64,000 bases of DNA from Beijerinckiaceae bacterium (GTDB lineage Bacteria; Pseudomonadota; Alphaproteobacteria; Rhizobiales; Beijerinckiaceae), in contig CBDIPN010000001.1 of the NCBI GenBank assembly GCA_965283735.1, positions 2,033,205 to 2,097,204 on the forward strand, in the 5' to 3' direction. Under the pieces are notes generated by a model, which saw nothing but the letters and a program-made list of their open reading frames with translations, searched no databases and was not told the origin of the DNA. This document shows, piece by piece, positions 57,225-64,000 of this stretch. A program made the position numbers and the translations under genes. Numbering within the stretch: position 1 is the stretch's first letter; each line of letters starts with the position of its first letter.

Positions 57225-59039
57225 ATGGATGGCACCGGGGGGGCTGCTTTGAAGATTTACGCCGTTGCGATTGAGAATTTCAGGGGTATCAATTCAACCA
57301 AGCTGGTTCTGCCCGATCACGCCGTCCTCATCGGCGACAACAACACCGGCAAGTCCTCTGTTCTCGAAGCCATAGATCTTGCGCTTGGGCCGGATCGACT
57401 GAGTCGCCGGCCTCCTGTCGATGAGCACGATTTCTATGAGGGCAAATACCTGCCCTTGGCTCCGGCTGAGGAGGGCGCAGAGCCGCAGCCCGCCCCTCAA
57501 ATCACCGTCGAGGTCACGATCATCGGGCTGTCGGAGGAACAGGAAGCCCGATTTGGCGGCAATATCGAGTGGCTCAACATCGAGTCGGGGGATTTCTTCA
57601 CGGAAGCAAACCCCGCAGGCGTGGATGCAGCGAATATCAAGGCGGCGCTGCGCGTCACCTTCATCGGGGCATACGACGCCGATGAGGACGATTTCGTCGG
57701 CAACACCTATTACGCGCGCAGCCTGACAGAGGAGGAGACGCCAACGCCCTTCTCCAAGAGGGACAAGCAGCATTGCGGCTTCCTCTTCCTGCGATCGTTG
57801 CGAACCGGCTCGCGTGCGCTCAGTCTGGAGCATGGCAGCCTGCTCGACATCATCCTGCGGCTGAAGGAAATACGACCGCAAATGTGGGAAGGCACGATAG
57901 GCACGCTAGCTGCCTTTGATGTGGCAAGCGACCCCGCGATCGGCATCTCGGGCGTGCTCGACAGCATCGACAAGTCGCTGAAGAAGTATGTACCGCGGGA
58001 ATGGGGCGTGAAGCCGCATCTCAAGGTCTCGAACCTCACGCGCGAACATCTGCGCAAGGTCGTAACCGCCTTCATTGCCACCGGCGATGGTGCACATGCC
58101 GCGCCCTTCTTCCGGCAGGGCACTGGCACGATCAACATGCTGGTGCTGGCGATGCTGTCGCAGATTGCCGAGGACAAGCAGAACGTCATCTTCGCGATGG
58201 AGGAGGTCGAGACCGCAATCCCGCCCTATGCTCAGAAGCGGATCGTTCATGAGTTGCGCAAGCTGGCCGCCCAGTCGATCGTCACCTCGCACTCGCCGTA
58301 TGTGCTTGAGGAATTCAAGCTCGGCGAGACGGTGATCTTGTCACGGGCGAATGATGGTGTCCTGAAACAGGCGCAGATTGCGTTGCCCGACAGCGTGAAG
58401 CACAAGCGCTATCGCCAGGAGTTTCGGACACGCTTTTGCGAGGGCCTGCTATCCCGGCGTGTCCTCATTGCGGAGGGCGCGACCGAGGCGAGTGCCTTTC
58501 CGGTGGCGGCTCGCCGCCTCGCTGAGCTGAAACCCGCCGTCTATGCCTCGCTTGAGGCGCTAGGCATCTGCGTCATCGACGCGGGGACCGAGTCACAGAT
58601 CGCCGATCTCGCCGGGCTCTATAAGGGTCTCGGGAAGCGGACGTTCGCACTGTGCGATAAGCAGACCGACCCCGCGAAAGCCGCTATCGAAGCCCAGGTC
58701 GAGCGCCTGTTCATGCATGATGAAAAGGGCATCGAGGATCTGATCCTCAAGAACACGTCCCAGGCCGCGCTTGCGCGCTTTTCCGATGCGCTCGATTGGC
58801 CGCCGCACCTGTTGCAGAAGTTCCCCGATCCAAAGACCAACCTGATCGCCGCGCTGAAAGAGTATTTCGGATGGGCGAAGGGCAACTGGGGGATCGCGGA
58901 TTTTCTTGGGCAGTGTTCCGAGGCTGAAATCCCGTCGTGGATTCGCGACGCCTGCGTGGCCCTCAAGGCGCTCTGCGATCCGCCGCCCACGCCTCCGCAA
59001 GAGAAAGTCCATGACGCAGCCGTCGAGCCTGTCGAATAG
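57225..59039 (+). CDS. gajA: OLD-family ATP-dependent endonuclease (ABC-type ATPase + TOPRIM), GajA-like
   Basis: Walker A IGDNNTGKSS. Walker-B-like VIFAMEEVETAIPP. TOPRIM-like VLIAEGATEASAFP and ICVIDAGTES. Alternative TTG start at 57249. Confidence 0.6.
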   Translation: MDGTGGAALKIYAVAIENFRGINSTKLVLPDHAVLIGDNNTGKSSVLEAIDLALGPDRLSRRPPVDEHDFYEGKYLPLAPAEEGAEPQPAPQITVEVTIIGLSEEQEARFGGNIEWLNIESGDFFTEANPAGVDAANIKAALRVTFIGAYDADEDDFVGNTYYARSLTEEETPTPFSKRDKQHCGFLFLRSLRTGSRALSLEHGSLLDIILRLKEIRPQMWEGTIGTLAAFDVASDPAIGISGVLDSIDKSLKKYVPREWGVKPHLKVSNLTREHLRKVVTAFIATGDGAHAAPFFRQGTGTINMLVLAMLSQIAEDKQNVIFAMEEVETAIPPYAQKRIVHELRKLAAQSIVTSHSPYVLEEFKLGETVILSRANDGVLKQAQIALPDSVKHKRYRQEFRTRFCEGLLSRRVLIAEGATEASAFPVAARRLAELKPAVYASLEALGICVIDAGTESQIADLAGLYKGLGKRTFALCDKQTDPAKAAIEAQVERLFMHDEKGIEDLILKNTSQAALARFSDALDWPPHLLQKFPDPKTNLIAALKEYFGWAKGNWGIADFLGQCSEAEIPSWIRDACVALKALCDPPPTPPQEKVHDAAVEPVE

Positions 59040-59048
59040 AGGGCACGG

Positions 59049-60753
59049 ATGGTCGATCTGACTCCCGCGCAGAAGGATGTCCTGACCGCCGACGGGCACC
59101 AGCTCGTCGTTGGCGGCCCTGGCTCCGGCAAGACCACCGTTTCCATTTTGAAGGCGGCGAAGATCGCCCGTGAGAAACTCAGGCCGGGGCAGCGCATCCT
59201 ATTCCTTAGTTTCGCGCGTGCGACGGTTTCGCGCGTCTTCGAGGCGATCGACGAAGAGCAGTCCGTCACGAAGGAAGAGAAAAAGCGGATCGAGGTCGAT
59301 ACTTATCACTCCTTCTTCTGGCGCATTCTCAAGGCGCACGGCTATCTGATCGGGTTTCCGCGCCGGATGGCAATTCTGACGCCGCCTAACGAGGCGATCG
59401 CGCTTTCAGCGATCCGCAGCGCCTTCAAGGCGCCGTCCAAGCTCTCGGACGAGGAGAAGGCGCAGAAGGCCGCACTGGAGATTGCCGAGCGGATGCGACT
59501 GGCGACCGAGGAAGGCAAAATCTGCTTCGACCTGTTCGCGGAGCGCGTGGCCATCCTGTTGCACGGCTCCGCCAAGGTCCGCGATCTCGTATCGACCATG
59601 TACCCTTTCATCATCCTCGACGAGTTTCAGGATACCAGCGCCCAGCAGTGGCGCGCGGTCGAGGCAATCGGGAAGAGCAGCATGCTGATCGCGCTGGCCG
59701 ACCCCGAACAGCGCATCTTTGATTTCATCGGCGCGGACCCGGAGCGTCTCGACCACTTCAGGGAGGCTTTCAAGCCTTCCGAGCACGATTTGGCCGGGGA
59801 CAACCATCGCAGCAAGGGGACGGACATTGCCTTGTTCGGCAACCACCTCCTGACCGGCAAATTTCGGGAAGAAGCGTATCAGGGCATCGATTACGAGGGG
59901 TTTGCCTCGAATCCTAATCAGGCTTTCGCCTCGCTTGTCGCTCAGGTTCTGAAAGCGCGTAAGCAGCTAATCGCGACAGGCCGCCGGGACTGGTCGCTTG
60001 CAATTCTAGTGCCGACGAAGCGTATGACCCGGCTGGTCTCCGACAATCTGCGCGAGCCCTTCGGCAACGTGCCTCCGATCGCGCACACGGCCGCCGTCGA
60101 CATGGAAGGCCCGATCCTAGCCGCGGAAGTGATTGCCTTCCTTCTGCAGCAGCGAAGTCACGCCGGCTGCTTTGACGAATTCGTCAATGTGCTTTGCAGC
60201 TATTTCAGCGGCCGAGGAGGCCAGGCGCCGACGAAGGGCGATCTGGCGGAAGCGGCGCGTTTCCGCTCGGCGCTGGGCAAGTGGAATGACTGCCTCGCGA
60301 AGGGAAAGGCCGTTCCGGCGAACAGCGTCTTGCAAGCCACGTTCGCGGTCCACGAGGCTGCAACGGCTGTTGCGCTGACTGGCCAGCCCGACGGCGACTG
60401 GAACGTTGTTCGAGCGGTGCTTGAGGCTGGGGTCTGCTCTCGGCTCGCCGAGGTTGCGAAGGAGGCGCGCAACGTCCGGCTTCTCGAACGCGGCACGCAG
60501 CTCCGGCAAAGCTTGTCGCAGGACTGGCGCGATACCGGCGGATATAAGAACGCGCTGGCTGTCACTCGCCAAGCGTTCGTGCGGGAGCATTTTGCGACCG
60601 CTCACAAGCCGGAGTCGGGTGTCGTCGTGATGAATATGCACAAGGCCAAGGGGAAGCAATTCGATGAGGTCATCATCTTCGAAGGTTGGCCAAAACGCTA
60701 TAAGGGCGAGATCTTCGGCAACCCCGATCGCATTGTAGGCGGAAATGTCCGCG
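59049..60753 (+). pseudogene. gajB: SF1 UvrD/Rep-type helicase, GajB-like, 3' end removed by IS3 copy 2
   Basis: VVGGPGSGKTT (motif I), FIILDEFQDTS (motif II), LADPEQRIF (motif III), MHKAKGKQFDEVIIF (motif V). No motif VI before the IS-encoded tail VIRPRREVHGDC*. Confidence 0.6.
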
Positions 60754-61376
60754 TGATCCGCCCCCGCCGAGAGGTCCATGGGGATTGTTAGTGGACGGTT
60801 GGCCTCGGCGCCAGCGCGGGCGGCGTAGCCGGTCTGGATTGCGCAGCCGCCCGCGCGGTCATTGCGGGGACGAAGACCTCCGGGGCGGGGGGCTTGTAGC
60901 CGAGCGAGCCATGTGGGCGCAGCGTGTTGAAGTGTCGCCGCCAGCTTTCGACGACGATCTTCGCCTCCGCGAGCGAATAGAAGATCTCGCCGTCGAGAAG
61001 TTCGTCGCGCAACCGGGCATTGAACGACTCGATGAAGCCGTTCTCCCAGGGGCTTCCGGGCGCGATATAGGCGGTCTTGGCGCCGACCGCACCGATCCAG
61101 TCCTGCACGGCCTTGGCGACGAATTCGGGCCCGTTATCTGACCGAACATGCTCCGGCACGCCGCGCAGGATGAACAGATCCGAGAGCACGTCGATGACGT
61201 CGATCGCCTTCAGCCTGCGATCGATGCGGATTGCCAGGCATTCATGCGTGAACTCGTCGATGATGTTCAGCATCCGGTATTTTCTCCCATCATGGGTGCG
61301 GTCCTCGACAAAGTCGTAGGACCACACGTGATTGGGCCGCTCGGCGCGAAGGCGGATGCAGGATCCGTCCGCGAGC
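60754..61376 (-). mobile_element. IS3-family copy 2, 623-bp fragment identical to 30035-30657
   Basis: Same terminal sequence TGATCCGCCCCCGCC. The ORF-track peptides are identical (60788..61327 versus the 30069..30920 C-terminus). Identity ends at GCGAGC, where IS21 begins. Confidence 0.9.
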
Positions 61377-61518
61377 TGTCAAACGGCCCGCAAAGTTGCC
61401 CCCCGATCGGCGTCCAATGTTGACCCCTTGAGTATGCTTCACGGCGAGGAGGCGGCGCGGCGGAGCTGGTCTGGATTGCGCAGCCGCGCCGGCTCCGGAT
61501 CGGTGGTGTGCGGGGAAC

Positions 61519-62247
61519 TCAGAGCCTGTTCTTGAAGCGCCAGCTTTCGTTGCCGGTCTCGACGATGTCGCAGTGATGGGTCAGCCGGTCGAGGAGCGCG
61601 GTGGTCATCTTGGCGTCGCCGAAGACGGACGGCCATTCGCCGAAGGCGAGGTTCGTGGTGACGATGACGGAGCTCTGCTCGTAGAGCCTGCTGACCAGGT
61701 GGAAGAGCAGTTGCCCGCCGGACTGGGCGAAGGGCAGATAGCCGAGTTCGTCGAGGACGATGAAGTCCATGCGGGCGAGATAGTCGGCCATGCGGCCCTG
61801 GCGGCCGGCGCGGGCTTCGGCCTCGAGCTTGTTGACGAGATCGACGACGTTGAAGAAGCGGCCGCGAGCGCCGGCACGTATGCAGGCCCGGGCGATCGCG
61901 ATGGCAAGATGGGTCTTGCCGGTCCCGGTGCCTCCGACCAGGACGACATTGCGCTGATGAGCCAGGAAGTTGCCGCCGGCGAGATCATGGACGAGCGCCT
62001 CGTTGATCGGCGTGCCGTCGAAGGCGAAGTCGGCGATGTCCTTGGCGAGCGGCAGCTTGGCGATGGTGATCTGATACTTGATCGAACGGGCCTGCTTCTC
62101 GGCGATCTCGGCGGCGAGCAGATCGCCGACGACGCGCTGCGGCTCGTGCTGGCGCTTCACCGCCGAGGCGATGATCTCGTCGAAGGCGGCCTTCATGCCA
62201 TAGAGCTTGAGCTCGCCCATGGTGGCGAGAATCTCCGAGCGTTCCAT
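61519..62247 (-). CDS. istB: IS21-family helper ATPase IstB
   Basis: GGTGTGKTH Walker [10 protein letters not shown] Walker B. ATGA overlap with istA. Confidence 0.9.
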   Translation of the reverse strand: MERSEILATMGELKLYGMKAAFDEIIASAVKRQHEPQRVVGDLLAAEIAEKQARSIKYQITIAKLPLAKDIADFAFDGTPINEALVHDLAGGNFLAHQRNVVLVGGTGTGKTHLAIAIARACIRAGARGRFFNVVDLVNKLEAEARAGRQGRMADYLARMDFIVLDELGYLPFAQSGGQLLFHLVSRLYEQSSVIVTTNLAFGEWPSVFGDAKMTTALLDRLTHHCDIVETGNESWRFKNRL

Positions 62248-63746
62248 CACACGGCTCTCCTGAGGCTGTCGTAGCGGGCACAATCGGCGGCGGGCTCATG
62301 GCGCAGGCGCAAGGCATCGGGCGTCATGATCGTGATCGCTGCCGCCGGCTCGCGGCGCCGGGCCAGGATGTTGATGATCACGTCGGCGGAGTGGACGCCT
62401 TGCCGCAGAGCGTCCGCGCAGGCGGCTTCGACGGCGGACAATCCGTCGCTCAGCACCGCGGTGAGGATCTCGACCATCTGCCTGTCGCCGTCTTGAACGG
62501 CCGCGAGCTTGCGCCGGACCCGGTCGATCGCGCCGGGCAAGACCCAGTCCTTGAAGGGCGCTCCGTTCCGCAGGGCGCCCGGCTTGCGAGCCAGTACCGG
62601 GACATAGTGCCAGGGATCGTAGATCGTCTGGTCGCGGCCATAGCAGCGGGAATGCTCGCCGACGATACGCCCGTCCTGGCGCAGCTCGATCCGATCGGCA
62701 TAGGCGCGGATCTCGACGGGGCGCCCGACCGCACTCGCGATGACCGAGTACTTGTTGTTGTCGAAGCGCACGAGACAGGTCTTCGACACCGAGGCTGGCA
62801 GTGAGTGGAAGCCGTCGAACCGCCCCGCGTAAGGCACCAGGCTCGGGCGCTCGGCTTCGAACATCTCCCAGATCGTGCGGTCACGTTGCTCCGGATGGCG
62901 GTGGGCCTTGGCGTAGCGGAGCACCTGATCCAGCAGCCAAGCGTTCAACTCGTCGTAGTTCTTGACCCGCAGGCGCGGGGCGAAGAAGCGCTCGCGCACG
63001 AGCCCGACCTGGTTCTCGACCTGCCCCTTCTCCCAGCCCGAGGCTGGCGTGCAGGCGACAGGGTCGACCAGATAGTGGCTGCACATCTGCTGGAAGCGGC
63101 GGTTATAGGCCCGCTCCTTGCCGACGAAGATCGTCTCCACCGCGGTCTTCATGTTGTCGTAGATGCCGCGCGTGCAGGCGCCCTTGAAGAAGGCGAAGGC
63201 GCGGTCATGGGCGTCGAAGACCATCTCCTGGCTCTCGCGTGGATAGGCCCGCACGAACAGCATGCGCGAGTGACAAAGCCGGACATGCGCCACCTTCACC
63301 TGGGTCGTGGCGCCATTGATGACGACGATCTCGTGGCTCCAGTCGAACTGGTAGGCCTCGCCGGGCGCGAAGCTCAAAGGCACATAGGCGTCGGCTGTGA
63401 CGGCGGATTGCTCGCGGCGCCAGCCTCGCGCATAGCGACGAACGGCATCGTATCCGCCCTCGTAGCCGAGATCCCGCAGCTCTTCAAAAAGACGGATCAG
63501 CGTCAGGCGCTCGCGGGCCGGCTTGCCGTTGTTCGCCATCAGCAGCCGATCCAGCTCAGGGCGCCAGGGCCCTATCTTCGGCTGCGGCTGAACCTTGCGC
63601 TCATACTCGAACGACGTCGCGCCAGAGCGCAGCACCTTCCGAACCGTGTTCCGAGAGACATGCAGCTCGCGGGCGATCTCCTTGATCGTCTTCCCGCGGA
63701 TCGAAAACTCGCGCCGGATCCGCGCAATCGTATCCACGCCCTTCAT
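62247..63746 (-). CDS. istA: IS21-family transposase IstA
   Basis: [27 protein letters not shown] region [22 protein letters not shown]. Confidence 0.9.
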   Translation of the reverse strand: MKGVDTIARIRREFSIRGKTIKEIARELHVSRNTVRKVLRSGATSFEYERKVQPQPKIGPWRPELDRLLMANNGKPARERLTLIRLFEELRDLGYEGGYDAVRRYARGWRREQSAVTADAYVPLSFAPGEAYQFDWSHEIVVINGATTQVKVAHVRLCHSRMLFVRAYPRESQEMVFDAHDRAFAFFKGACTRGIYDNMKTAVETIFVGKERAYNRRFQQMCSHYLVDPVACTPASGWEKGQVENQVGLVRERFFAPRLRVKNYDELNAWLLDQVLRYAKAHRHPEQRDRTIWEMFEAERPSLVPYAGRFDGFHSLPASVSKTCLVRFDNNKYSVIASAVGRPVEIRAYADRIELRQDGRIVGEHSRCYGRDQTIYDPWHYVPVLARKPGALRNGAPFKDWVLPGAIDRVRRKLAAVQDGDRQMVEILTAVLSDGLSAVEAACADALRQGVHSADVIINILARRREPAAAITIMTPDALRLRHEPAADCARYDSLRRAV

Positions 63747-64000
63747 CCCCCGCCCGCCCATCCGAAACCAGGACGGGCAGTCTCACCGAAACCGGCTCAA
63801 GGGGGTCAAAGTTGGAAGCCGATCCCCCGCCTCACGGGGTCAAACTTGCACGCCGAAACACACCGGATGCCTCTCCGCGTCGAGCCACTGGTGGAAGCGC
63901 CCGAACACGGCCTGCGTCTTCTCCTTCCCGAGCGAGGAGGCCGGATAGCTCCGCTGAAGGTCGCCGAGGAAGGCCCGGATGCCGGGCTCGCCCCCGCACG

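Larger units (their letters stand above)
61377..63862 (-). mobile_element. IS21-family insertion sequence (2486 bp)
   Basis: Ends are TGTCAAACGGCCCGCAAAGTTGCCCC..TCCAATGTTGACCCCTTGAG, versus the reverse complement of the other end TGTGTTTCGGCGTGCAAGTTTGACCCC..TCCAACTTTGACCCCCTTGAG. Carries istA/istB. Confidence 0.8.

Noticed and set aside
63863-64000. Partial minus-strand reading frame at the right edge (..FLGDLQRSYPASSLGKEKTQAVFGRFHQWLDAERH).
   Set aside because: It is too short and has no diagnostic motif. It may be transposase-related, but I cannot support a call.

Overview
High-GC alphaproteobacterial (Rhizobiales-like, inferred from the look of the proteins) DNA with two distinct parts.

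**Positions 1-18.7 kb: low-oxygen/stress cluster.** It carries phosphoketolase, two tandem-USP genes, two Zn-ADHs, a BON protein, Hsp20, a phasin and a NUDIX hydrolase. Seven FNR/FixK-type TTGA-N6-TCAA boxes sit about 55-75 bp upstream of start codons (up to about 140 bp for hsp20). Several genes here are disrupted: adh, mgtA, phaC and a maoC-pta-ackA chimera. Most of the damage is 1-nt indels in short homopolymers, so sequencing error must be excluded. One in-frame TAG and in-frame deletions argue for genuine decay.

**Positions 18.7-64 kb: accessory mosaic.** In order it contains:
- a P-type ATPase remnant and a perfect 24-bp-arm palindrome
- a BigR/Blh sulfide-detoxification operon
- a Ser/Thr-kinase-USP fusion coupled to a metallophosphoesterase
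- an ars island (2 ArsR, 2 ArsC types, Acr3, an ArsO-like flavoprotein with a poly-Cys tail)
- a 29.4-kb block bracketed by two identical IS3-family copies in direct orientation

The IS3-bracketed block holds Ni/Co genes (rcnR-rcnA-nreB and a His-rich/HupE/anchor trio). It also holds a non-canonical Cu module (copA with a textbook CueR-type promoter but no MerR gene, a YncE-like propeller, DUF2933, a Met-rich Spy/CpxP-like protein, CopZ, DUF411). The rest of the block is an IS3/IS110 graveyard, an opine-oxidase-like catabolic locus, and an OLD-family ATPase/TOPRIM gene paired with an SF1 helicase.

**Best candidate for something new.** The OLD/helicase pair is Gabija-like but has an atypically long helicase. 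That helicase is cut by IS3 copy 2, which is itself interrupted by an IS21-family element.

I recognised no rRNA, tRNA or CRISPR array.
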